Shown piece by piece: positions 1-12,200 of a DNA stretch of 64,000 nt. The stretch's first letter is position 1. Each line of letters opens with the position of its first letter. The DNA is from Macrostomum hystrix (Eukaryota > Animalia > Platyhelminthes), in NCBI GenBank assembly GCA_950097015.1, contig CATNEN010000039.1:13392001-13456000 (forward strand), in the 5' to 3' direction. The notes beneath the pieces were generated by a model. That model saw only the letters and a list, made by a program, of their open reading frames with translations, was not told where the DNA came from and ran no database searches. Made by a program: the position numbers and the translations under genes.

Positions 1-635
1 AGTCACTTGTGGAGTGTGTTCCTTCTTACCAGCTCTGGTAGGTTCTACCACGAGTCTGGCGCTTACCCTTTGTAGTATAATCAATGAAATCACACGTCTG
101 TGATTACAATTTAATCGTTGGTTTAACGATTACTTGGAGAGGTTTAACTTAGCTCAGTAAAATACTTCTAATTAATAATTAATTAATTAGGATAACTCAA
201 GGAACTCTTTCCACAAGTCTTGGACCTGGAGTCCGATCCACTTCAGATTTATTCTCTCCGTTTTCTCTTCTCGGCGAGACTGTGAATCTGGGCTCGCTTA
301 GGAGTTCTTTTATTTATAGAGACTCGGACCATCTCGGGTTAGATGGATTATCGCTTTCTTGACCTTTTGGTTGATTTTGGGTAACATGATTGGTGGGATT
401 GTTGGTTGTCTATGACATAAAATTTGATTGGATACTATTAATATATATATATATATATATATAGTAGTCACATGATTTTTGATTGAGTCGTTTCTCCTTT
501 TTTGGCGAAATGAATCACATGCTGTACTTGTATGTTTTCTGGTTCGCATTTTCTAAAAGTTCTACTAAGCGGATGAGTAGAGTAGTTAGCGCATGATTGG
601 TTAAAATAAATAGTACCGTAATTCTGCACTCTAAA
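1..635 (-). mobile_element. LTR-like element, family 1 (LTR about 71-635 plus 70 bp of internal sequence running off the window start)
   Basis: The reverse complement of 1-635 aligns closely with 4581-5314. TGTAG at 71 gives a CTACA end on the minus strand. The other end, 631-635 CTAAA, is one mismatch from CTACA. Confidence 0.65.
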
Positions 636-807
636 AAATATGTTGAGGTGATGTCGTCCTATACAAACTACTTAAAGTGGCAGTTAAGTATTTTTATTCG
701 ATGTTTATTTATTAGCAATTTATTTAGTATGAGTAATCCGACATATGTGTTGCATTCCAAGGTGGAATGGAAACTGAGCCTAACCTGTAGTCGCGTCATT
801 TGGGCCT

Positions 808-1475
808 GGTGATAAGAGTTTACCTTATTAATAAGCACGAGCCTGTCGGAAAGGCTCTTTTCTCGTCGTTTCTTTCGACTCTCCTCTTTCCTCTCATGCT
901 CACCGATTAGTTAATCAGTACGTTTCACTGCACTTTAATTGTTCGCCTTCTATCGTCCTTTTAGCCCATAGACTACGCAGCCTGCCCGCCCCCTTGGTTA
1001 ACTCAATCGTTGTCTATGTTCTAATTCTCTGCTCGTTACAGTTCCCCTTTAGTTGCTTCTAGTGCGCACTAAGCCCACTAGTTCTTTCGTTCCAACTGCT
1101 TTTCACTTTCTTAACGTTAAATTACAAGCAAGGAAATTTGCTTGTCGGAAGCATTTCCGACAGGGCTTCCTCCAGAATTCTTTCGACCTCGTACGAGGTT
1201 GTTTTGACTGGAAACTCTCTATCTTGGGTTGGGCTCTCTGGCTCTGCTGCATCCCAAAAATCCTCTATGCAAAATTCGTCTTCCCTTGCTGACTGTTCTA
1301 CTCTCTGAGAATACCTCGCATAGAGTACCTATCTTCGGCCATGGACCCATGGGATGTGAGTCAAAAGTACATGCTCTGTTCAGAGCGAAAGCCCCATTTC
1401 GTGAGGGTCAGTGAGCTGGGCTGTCCCGTAGGTGGCTGGTGGAACCCTGCCTAGCAGGTTCTACATTCCGTCACA
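808..1475 (-). mobile_element. LTR-like repeat, family 2 (lower boundary uncertain)
   Basis: The reverse complement of about 1200-1475 is homologous to 15557-15835 (GTAGAACCTGCTAGGCA...CCACCAGCCACC...TATGCGAGGTATTC). Both copies start at TGTGA. Confidence 0.5.
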
Positions 1476-1674
1476 CCTAAAGCTACCAAGTACATCAGAG
1501 GTGAAGTATTTGCGGAGAGTAAAGGCCCGGTTCTCCCATTGCTATCCCTCGGGAGCCGGCACCGCCTTCTTGAGATAGAGGCTGAAAAGGGGCGACGTCA
1601 GTGTGTTTAACTTTCCGATTCTCGAATTGTAAAATGTTAAAGCAAAAAATAATTTTTTAACAACCACAGGCCTT

Positions 1675-1810
1675 CCCACTGGGCACAGCAAAGAACCGCA
1701 TGAGGTGGGACATCTGGACAACCTTGACGAATGCGCAGACGAGGCAGCCAGGGCGGCTGTGGCAGGCGTCCGCGAACTCGACGTCACTGAAGGCGGTCTC
1801 GTTGTAGTGG
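1675..1810 (-). pseudogene. Truncated, degenerate duplicate of the PAN/apple exon of the WSC-PAN gene
   Basis: Matches 3663-3797. It translates as HYNETAFSDVEFADACHSRPGCLVCAFVKVVQMSHLMRFFAVPSG, with two conserved Cys replaced (C to F, C to S). Confidence 0.8.
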
Positions 1811-2640
1811 TGTCTGCTCATAGAGGCTGTCTGATCATAGAGGCTGTCTGATCATAGAGTGCTGTCTGATCATAGAGTGCTGTCTGCTCATAGAGGCTGT
1901 CTGATCATAGAGTGCTGTTTGATCATAGAGGCTGTCTGATCATAGAGTGCTCTCTGCTCATAGAGGCTGTCTGATCATAGAGGCTGTCTGATCATAGAGG
2001 CTGTCTGATCATAGAGGCTGTCTGATCATAGAGTGCTCTCTGCTCATAGAGGCTGTCTGATCATAGAGTGCTGTCTGATCATAGAGTGCTGTCTGCTCAT
2101 AGAGGCTGTCTGATCATAGAGTGCTGTTTGATCATAGAGGCTGTCTGATCATAGAGTGCTCTCTGCTCATAGAGGCTGTCTGATCATAGAGGCTGTCTGA
2201 TCATAGAGGCTGTCTGATCATAGAGGCTGTCTGATCATAGAGGCTGTCTGCTCATAGAGGCTGTCTGATCATAGAGTGCTCTCTGCTCATAGAGGCTGTC
2301 TGATCATAGAGGCTGTCTGATCATAGAGGCTGTCTGCTCATAGAGGCTGTCTGATCATAGAGGCTGTCTGATCATAGAGGCTGTCTGCTCATAGAGGCTG
2401 TCTGATCATAGAGTGCTCTCTGCTCATAGAGGCTGTCTGATCATAGAGTGCTGTCTGGTCATAGAGGCTGTCTGATCATAGAGTGCTGTCTGATCATAGA
2501 GTGCTCTCTGCTCATAGAGGCTGTCTGATCAAAGAGTGCTGTCTGATCATAGAGGCTGTCTGATCATAGAGGCTGTCTGATCATAGAGTGCTATCTGATC
2601 ATAGAGTGCTGTCTGATCATAGAGTGCTATCTGATCATTA
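1811..2640. repeat. 17/18-bp minisatellite TGTCTGATCATAGAG(T)GC
   Basis: Tandem array read directly, with interspersed 17- and 18-bp units. Confidence 0.97.
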
Positions 2641-3622
2641 AGTGTATATGGTCATAAAGTCGTACTTGATCATTAGTCTGTTCAAAAGTTTATGTGAGCT
2701 AGCTACTCACAGTAGAACAGACGCTATCTACTCCCTCATTGACAGTCAGTAAACACACATTGAATATGTCTCGGAATCACATTGGCAACCAACATGAAAA
2801 AGATACTAGTGCAAGGAGAAAGGCAATTAGAATTTTTCCCTTCGGAAATATTTTTCACAACTCAGCTGACACAGATGTTTCTAATCGATTCCTTGTCTGA
2901 AATTCTTAGATAGCTTTCTGCAAAACGCGAATTTCGCTTTATTTCTTAAGACTATTTTTGAACACTTAAGGCTTATTTATGAAAACTTCCAGTCACTTCT
3001 GCCTTGAGCCACACATCTCGATTTGATGATGAGGCGGAGTTGAGAATTCCGGCCTGCTCGCTTCAGAGACCGTCTTATTTAAAATAGCCCATTGAAGCAT
3101 CACAAGAAACATGCGAGCCGTAGTATGGCCTGACATGGTCCAACGGCGAATCAAGTTCTCGCATTGATGGGCCTGATGCCCGAGGCATGGGGGAAAAGAC
3201 CTGCTGACAATCTGTTGTACAGTTCTCAATATAAAATCCTTGGGAAATTGATCAAATCCGCAGGGAACCTTCGCTAGTGGTAAAAGCGTCAGACTTAATT
3301 GACACTACTGGAACGTTCTTGGCACCCCTCTAGCAATACAGTTAACTCTGCATTGCTTCAGTTAGAGCTGAAAAAAACAGGAAAAACCTGCAGTAAAGAA
3401 TTTTCGTTTATATTTGACAAGCTTTAACAGGTTCTAGATGTAGAGCTTGTGCTCAAACTCGCATGCGTAGTTTTCAGTGTAGAATTTTACGAGTCTCGAC
3501 TCTTGGGTTCCTATACGAAAAGGCACTTTTATCGAAGCAGTTCTTGAACTCCCCAGCATAGATTTTTTTTAACTCATAATAGTCGTTAATAAAGATCAGC
3601 TTGACATCATTGTCCAACAGCT

Positions 3623-4385
3623 TCACAGCTTGGTCCAGACCCACTGGCTCTGGTTAGCGACCCCGCTGGGCACAGCGAAGAACCGCATGAGGTGGCACAT
3701 CCGGACAGCCTCGACGAACGCGCAGACGAGGCAGTCAGGGCGGCGGTGGCAGGCGGCCGCGCACTCGATGTCACTGAAGGCGGTCTCGCTGTAGTGGGTC
3801 GAGTAGCCAGCAGACACGGAGATACTCGGCATGGAAGCCGTGAGCTGCTTCGACATTGTAGGACCAGCTGAGGGACAATTGGCAAAGTGGACACTCATAA
3901 TTGCACTTAAAACACTTAGTGCATTCTCTTTACTCACACTTTGAGTAGTTGTTTTCATAAATGGAGTTCCTTGAGTCACCGCCGCACATCTGGGATGTGT
4001 TCCCATTGCAGGGATAAATGCAGTCGCTGGCTGGTGCAGCTCCCAATGAGCCGTAGGTCGAGTCGCAGGCGCAGTAGGCTCTTGACTGCGTGCCGAAGTA
4101 ACGAAATCGTCCGTAGGAGCAGATCCGGCTGCACAGCTCGAGTGTCAGCTGAAACGCATTAGACGCATCGTAGACGAAAGCTGGGAATCCGGGGTCCGGA
4201 GTATACGGTCCCAGGCTTGCTATACCCTGCAGTCCAAGCAGGTCCCTGTTGGCATTTGTACCATCAACGTAGCAACCAACTTGTCTGTAGCTCTGAGGCT
4301 GTGGTGGCAGCACAGCGCAGCGGACGACTTGAAGCATCCAGAAGAGCAGGAACACTTTGAGTGCGTAGCTGAATCCCTTCAGCAT
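3623..4385 (-). CDS. Secreted WSC-domain + PAN/apple-like protein, about 230 aa; exons 3938-4385 and 3623-3867
   Basis: Hydrophobic signal peptide. WSC pattern GCYVD...LELCSRIC...FGTQSRAYCAC...CIYPCNGNTSQMCGG. GTGAGT donor and CAG acceptor in phase 1. Exon 2 has ECAAACHRRPDCLVCAF...MCHL (PAN/apple-like). Confidence 0.85.
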
Positions 4386-4580
4386 GTTTACCTTCACTGG
4401 CTCTGAAAAGTGTCTGGCAGGAATTCAGACGCGCAGTTGGTTATATTGCATGAAACATCTGTCCGGTTAAACAATTTTTTTGTCCAATCACGTCAGAGAT
4501 CCGGCAGATCATATCAGAATGATAGATGCAATTAGTTGTATTCAGGCTTCCCACTGCTGCCAATACCATGAACAACTATT

Positions 4581-5640
4581 TGTAGAGTGCAGAATTACGG
4601 TAATATTTATTTTACCCAATCATGCGCTAACTACTCTACTCATCCGCTTAGTAGTATTTTTAGAAAATACGAACCAAAAAAGATACAAGTACAGCATGTG
4701 ATTCATTTCACCAAAAAAGGAGAAACGACTCAATCAAAAGTCATGTGACAACTATTAATAGTATCAAATCAAATTTTATGTCATAGACAACCAACAATCC
4801 CACCAATCATGTTACCCAAAATCAACCAAAAGGTCAAGAAAGCGATAATCCATCTTTTTGCGCTTCTACTAGTTTAGTTGTAAAAAAGTCTAACCTCTCA
4901 AGTTGTCAAGCGTTGACCCAGACTTTTCGACACCAGTTTGACACCTGTACTTTGAACGCACTCATCGAACCCGATCGAGATGGTCCGAATCTCTATAAAT
5001 ACAAGAACTCCGAAGCGAGCCCAGATTCACAGTCTCGCCGAGAAGAGAAAACGGAGAGAAGAAATCTGAAGTGGATCGGACTCCAGGTCCAAGACTTGTG
5101 GAAAGAGTTCCTTGAGTTATCCTAATTAATTAATTATTAATTAGAAGTCTTTTACTGAGCTAAGTTAAACCTCTCCAAGTAATCGTTAAACCAACGATTA
5201 AATTGTAATCACAGACGTGTGATTACATTGATTATACTACAAAGGATGAGCGCCAGACTCGTGGTAAAACCAACCAGAGCTGGCAAGAAGGAACACTAAC
5301 CTCCACAAGTGACTATTGATTAACCGACATCAACGATAAATCAGAATCAGGAAGATACCACACCTGATTACTATTGGCCCAGTGTAACCGCAACCGAGAC
5401 AAGGAGAATAGATTAAATTCTCTTGCATTCAAACGATCCAGGTACCTGAAAGACAACCAGAAGCCCAGCGCGTCAAAGCACTCGAAGCCGGCCGCAAACA
5501 AAGAGGACCAGAGAAACCACAAAACCAAAGAAGGTAAGAACTAAAACTTCTGCTAAATTAGTATTAATTACTGGGGCACCCAGCAGTTGCTGGAAGTGAT
5601 AAATTCCTAGAAAAGGAGAAACTAGGAACTTATCATATTG
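4581..5640 (+). mobile_element. LTR-like element, family 1 (LTR 4581-5241 plus truncated internal leader; right limit uncertain)
   Basis: TGTAG...CTACA termini, TATAAAT near 4994 and ATTAAA near 5197. Inverted copy of 1-635 with an extra 112 bp (4856-4967). Confidence 0.65.
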
Positions 5641-6236
5641 TTTCGTTGGGTGGGTGAGATAAAGGAAAAAGGAGGCTTAGTTGAGTGTTAATAAAGTCAA
5701 TCTTCAGGTGGCAGGTTTCAATCGTGACCATGCTTCAGAAAAGGCGTGTACATGCACCGTCTGTTGCGAGTTAACGCCATGCATCCGAGTTCAGAGACAC
5801 TGTGAAGTGGAACTGAGCACGCTTACAACAACTCGAAGATGCCAGTTGATTGGGTCGATCAAATGACAAGTGTCTATAGTTAAAAATGTGTCTATTTATC
5901 GCTTCAGACTCAAATATGAAACTGGAATCGAACAATTGATCTTCGTAAGCTTAATTTATATTCAAAACAAAAAATTAAGAGACAAATATGTGTTGCCCTG
6001 TTGCCCTCGTTCAAAAACTTTTTTTAACAAAAAACATTTCGAAAAACTACTGAATAATTAGGAATAATGTAATTAATATTGATAGCTAAGTCTCAGTTTT
6101 CAAGAGAGAAAATCCACTAGTAAGAACTAAACCAACGATCAGAAAGTAACGAAGCCACAGAATAGTGAGTAAGGCGATGGTTCAAATGTCAGTCGTCAAC
6201 ATGGACCACAGAGCTGCGACTCGCAACTAAATTAAA

Positions 6237-9200
6237 TCAGTGCTCGCTGAGGTCACCGAGCAGGCGACCAACATCCTCCTGGACGTCCTGCTTCGCCTGG
6301 TGGGCCTCTTTGACACCGCGTCGAATGGCGCCAGCGGCGGCGTCTGCAGCATCGCGCAAATCGTCGCCGCTGTCCTCGCCTAGCTCCGAGGAAGAGGAGG
6401 CGAAGAACCTGGCCAGGAGGCGGTTGACCTGATCAGGTGCATCCTGCTGCACCCAATGGCTGGCCTTGGGAACCAGTTGAATGTCCAGCTGGGAGCAGAA
6501 CTTGCCTGGCAGGGACGGAGGCGAGCGGACGCCACTGTTGCATTCTGGCTTGGATTCTAGATACGATTCCTAATTCTCGATTCAATTTTAGATAAAGTTT
6601 CTGATGCGATTCTAGCTATGATTCCTCATGCGATTCTATCTACGATTCCTGATGCGATTCTATCTACGATTCCTGATGCGATTCTATCTACGATTCCTGA
6701 TGCGATTCTATCTACGATTCCTGATGCGATTCTAGCTCCGATTCCTGATGCGATTCTATCTACGATTCCTCATGCGATTCTATCTACGATTCCTGATGCG
6801 ATTCTATCTACGATTCCTGATGCGATTCTATCTACGATTCCTGATGCGATTCTATCTACGATTCCTGATGCGATTCTATCTACGATTCCTGATGCGATTC
6901 TAGCTAGGATTCCTGATGCGATTTTATCTACGATTCCTGATACTATTCTAGCTACGATTCCTGATACTATTCTAGCTCCGATTCCTGATGCGATTCTAGC
7001 TACGATTCCTGATGCGATTTTATCTACGATTCCTGATGCGATTCTATCTACGATTCCTGATGCGATTCTATCTACGATTCCTGATGCGATTCTAGCTACG
7101 ATTCCTGATGCTATTCTATCTACGATTCCTGATGCGATTCTATCTACGATTCCTGATGCGATTCTATCTACGATTCCTGATGCGATTCTATCTACGATTC
7201 CTGATGCGATTCTATCTACGATTCCTGATGCTATTCTAGTTACGATTCCTGATGCGATTCTATCTACGATTCCTGATGCGATTCTATCTACGATTCCTGA
7301 TGCGATTCTATCTACGATTCCTGATGCGATTCTATCTACGATTCCTGATGCGATTTTATCTACGATTCCTGATGCGATTCTATCTACGATTCCTGATGCG
7401 ATTCTATCTACGATTCCTGATGCGATTCTATCTACGATTCCTGATGCGATTCTATCTACGATTCCTGATGCGATTCTATCTACGATTCCTGATGCGATTC
7501 TATCTACGATTCCTGATGCGATTCTAGCTAGGATTCCTGATGCGATTTTATCTACGATTCCTGATACTATTCTAGCTACGATTCCTGATACTATTCTAGC
7601 TCCGATTCCTGATGCGATTCTAGCTACGATTCCTGATGCGATTTTATCTACGATTCCTGATGCGATTCTATCTACGATTCCTGATGCGATTCTATCTACG
7701 ATTCCTGATGCGATTCTAGCTACGATTCCTGATGCTATTCTATCTACGATTCCTGATGCGATTCTATCTACGATTCCTGATGCGATTCTATCTACGATTC
7801 CTGATGCGATTCTATCTACGATTCCTGATGCTATTCTAGTTACGATTCCTGATGCGATTCTATCTACGATTCCTGATGCGATTCTATCTACGATTCCTGA
7901 TGCGATTCTATCTACGATTCCTGATGCGATTCTATCTACGATTCCTGATGCGATTCTATCTACGATTCCTGATGCGATTTTATCTACGATTCCTGATGCG
8001 ATTCTATCTACGATTCCTGATGCGATTTTATCTACGATTCCTGATACTATTCTAGCTACGATTCCTGATACTATTCTAGCTCCGATTCCTGATGCGATTC
8101 TAGCTACGATTCCTGATGCGATTTTATCTACGATTCCTGATGCGATTCTATCTACGATTCCTGATGCGATTCTATCTACGATTCCTGATGCGATTCTATC
8201 TACGATTCCTGATGCGATTCTATCTACGATTCCTGATGCGATTCTATCTACGATTCCTGATGCGATTCTATCTACGATTCCTGATGCGATTCCATCTACG
8301 ATTCCTGATGCGATTCTAGCTAGGATTCTTGATGCGATTCTAGCTACGATTCCTGATGCGATTTTATCTACGATTCCTGATACTATTCTAGCTACGATTC
8401 CTGATGCGATTCTATCTAAGATTCCTGATGCGATTCTATCTACGATTCCTGATGCGATTCTATCTACGATTCCTGATGCGATTCTATCTACGATTCCTGA
8501 TGCGATTCTATCTAAGATTCCTGATGCGATTCTATCTACGATTCCTGATGCGATTCTAGCTAGGATTCCTGATGCGATTCTATCTACGATTCCTGATGCG
8601 ATTCTATCTACGATTCCTGATGCGATTCTATCTACGATTCCTGATGCGATTCTATCTACGATTCCTGATGCGATTCTATCTACGATTCCTGATGCGATTC
8701 TATCTACGATTCCTGATGCGATTCTAGCTAGGATTCTTGATGCGATTCTAGCTACGATTCCTGATGCGATTTTATCTACGATTCCTGATACTATTCTAGC
8801 TACGATTCCTGATACTATTCTAGCTAGGATTCATGATACTATTCTAGCTCCGATTCCTGATGCGATTCTAGCTACGATTCCTGATACTATTCTAGCTACG
8901 ATTCCTGATACTATTCTAGCTACGATTCCTGATACTATTCTAGCTCCGATTCCTGATGCGATTCTAGTTACGATTCCTGATGCGATTCTAGCAACGATTC
9001 CTGATGCGATTCTAGCTACGATTCCTGATGCGATTCTAGTTACGATTCCTGGTGCGATTCTATCTACGATTCCTGATGCGATTCTATCTACGATTCCTGA
9101 TGCGATTCTAGTTACGATTCCTGATACTATTCTATCTAAGATTCCTGATGCACTTCTAGCTGCGATTCTTGATGCGATTCTAGCCACGATTCCTGATGCG

Positions 9201-12200
9201 ATTCTATCTACGATTCCTGAGGCTATTCGAGCAAAGATTCATGATGCGATTCTAGCTACGATTCCTGATGCAATTCTATCTACGATTCCTGGTGCGATTC
9301 TATCTACGATTCCTGAAGCGATTCGAGCAAAGATTCCCTATTCCTTATAGCTGGATCAGCGCAAATAGATTACAATCAGGGGAACTCACTAGACAGCCTG
9401 GCCGCATCCACGGTGATGTACTTGTCCTGGTCGCCGAAGATCAGAGTAGTTGGCACAGCAAGCAGGGGCAGCTTCTTGCCAGGTGCGCCGGCGCGTCCCG
9501 GGTAGCGGAAAGCGGCCCGGTAGAAATTGATTGGCCCGTTAAAAGCGCTCGGAGACGAAAATGTGTACTTAAAGGCGTCCAGCTCCTGCTGATTAACGAC
9601 ACCCTTCAGGGCAATGTCCATGGACACTAGATCCTGCCGGCTGAAAAACCACTCTGGGAAGCAGGGCAGCTGGAAGAAGAACATGTACCAGGACTTGAGG
9701 AACTGGCTCACGTGTGAGCGCATGTAGGAGCGGAAGGCCACCGGATGAGGGCAGTTGAGCACAGCCAGCTTGGTCACCATGCCAGGGTGTGCCATGGCGA
9801 AGGACCAGACAACGGCGCCGCCCCAGTCGTGTCCGACTAGACAGCACTTGTCGTAGCCTGGCAATTTATTGTTTAGAGAACGATTCTTTAGAGAAATAAT
9901 TCTTCACTGTAATTCTTACAGTTGTCAACCGAAGTCGTTTTCTCTCAAATTAAATATTTTTAGAATCCTCATATAAATAATTGATTACACCTGCCCCAAT
10001 TGGGTCACATGTGCAGCCGACAGCACAGCCGAAGCTAATGCGCGGCGCATCTGAAGGCTGCGTACAGCTGTTCAGTCCACGGACTGGGGGACGCCACACC
10101 CACCTTCAATTATCCCAGCTGATGCTGGTACCCATTTAACAGCTGGGTGAACTGAAGCAATGCAGAGTTAAGTGTCTTGCTAAAGGACGCAAATTGTTCC
10201 AGTGGAGTCGGGAATCGAACCCCCGACCTTCAAGTCGTGAGTCCGACGCCCTACCCACTAGGCTACAACCTCATATAAAAAACTAAAATCCTAAAAAAGC
10301 TCGCACCAACCGCATTAGTACTCACCCAGGGCATTGATGGTCTGTCTGATGTCTTCAACCAGTTTTTCAATCCGGTAGTTCTCAACGCCCCGCGGCTTAT
10401 CGCTGTCCCCGTAGCCGCGCATGTCTATGGCAACAACCCTGTGCGATGACAGGCGGTATTGAAATCATCTTGGCTAGTTAATATCCATTTAATGTCAACG
10501 AGTTTTAGACTGATCTCTATGAGATAAGGCAAGATCTTAATCAGATAAAGAATGATTTCAATGATTTTTACAAAGATCTCGATTAGATTAGGAAATATTT
10601 CAATGAGACTCAGTAAAATGTCAATGATACTGAGACTAATGGGCTAAAAATAATTGTTTCAATGCTCAACGAACCTGAAATTCTTGGCCAGGTCACTGTC
10701 CAGCTGATGTCGCCAGCTGAACCAGAACTCGGGAAAGCCGTGCACCAGCAGCAGCAGGGGCTTGCTAGTGTCGCCATTCTCAACGTAATGCAGAGTGATT
10801 TCCTGCATAGAGAAAAATGTGTGATTGAATTTTAGATAAAGTTCCTGATGCGATTCTAGCTAAGATTCTTGATGCGATTCTAGCTAGGATTCCTGATGCG
10901 ATTTTATCTACGATTCCTGATGCGATTCTATCTACGATTCCTGATGCGATTCTATCTACGATTCCTGATGCGATTCTATCTACGATTCCTGATGCTATTC
11001 TATCTACGATTCCTGATGCGATTCTATCTACGATTCCTGATGCGATTTTATCTACGATTCCTGATGCGATTCTATCTACGATTCCTGATGCGATTCTATC
11101 TACGATTCCTGATGCGATTCTATCTACGATTCCTGATGCGATTCTATCTACGATTCCTGATGCGATTCTATCTAAGATTCCTTATGCGATTCTAGCTACG
11201 ATTCCTGATGCGATTCTATCTAAGATTCCTTATGCGATTCTAGCTACGATTCCTGATGCGATTCTATCTACGATTCCTGATGCGATTCTATCTACGATTC
11301 CTGATGCGATTCTATCTAAGATTCCTGATGCGATTCTAGCTACGATTCCTGATGCGATTCTATCTAAGATTCCTGATGCGATTCTATCTAAGATTCCTGA
11401 TGCGATTCTATCTACGATTCCTGATGCGATTCTATCTACGATTCCTGATGCTATTCTATCTACGATTCCTGATGCTATTCTAGTTACGATTCCTGATGCG
11501 ATTCTATCTAAGATTCCTTATGTGATTCTAGCTACGATTCCTGATGCGATTCTAGCTCCGATTCCTGATTCCATTCTATCTACAATTCCTGACGCGATTC
11601 TAGCTAGGATTCCTGATTCCATTCTATCTACGATTCTTGATGCGATTCTATCTACGATTCCTGATGCGATTCTATCTACGATTCCTGATGCTATTCTAGT
11701 TACGATTCCTGATGCGATTCTATCTAAGATTCCTGATGCGATTCTATCTACGATTCCTGATGCGATTCTATCTACGATTCCTGATGCGATTCTATCTACG
11801 ATTCCTGATGCTATTCTATCTACGATTCCTGATGCGATTCTAGTTACGATTCCTGATGCTATTCTATCTACGATTCCTGATGCTATTCTATCTACGATTC
11901 CTGATGCGATTCTATCTACGATTCCTGATGTGATTCTAGCTCCGATTCCTGATTCCATTCTATCTACAATTCCTGACGCGATTCTAGCTAGGATTCCTGA
12001 TTCCATTCTATCTACGATTCTTGATGCGATTCTATCTAAGATTCCTGATTCCATTCTATCTACGATTCTTGATGCGATTCTATCTAAGATTCCTGATGCG
12101 ATTTTATCTACGATTCCTGATGCTATTCTAGTTACGATTCCTGATGCGATTCTATCTAAGATTCCTTATGTGATTCTAGCTCCGATTCCTGATTCCATTC

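Noticed and set aside
6618-9350. 910-aa ORF (IPDAILST)n and similar ORFs at 10896-12670
   Set aside because: Translation of a 24-bp minisatellite, antisense inside introns of a well-formed gene; open only because the unit length is a multiple of three.
10200-10270. tRNA gene
   Set aside because: A and B boxes are present, but I could not find a proper acceptor stem, and it is attached to a repeated SINE body.
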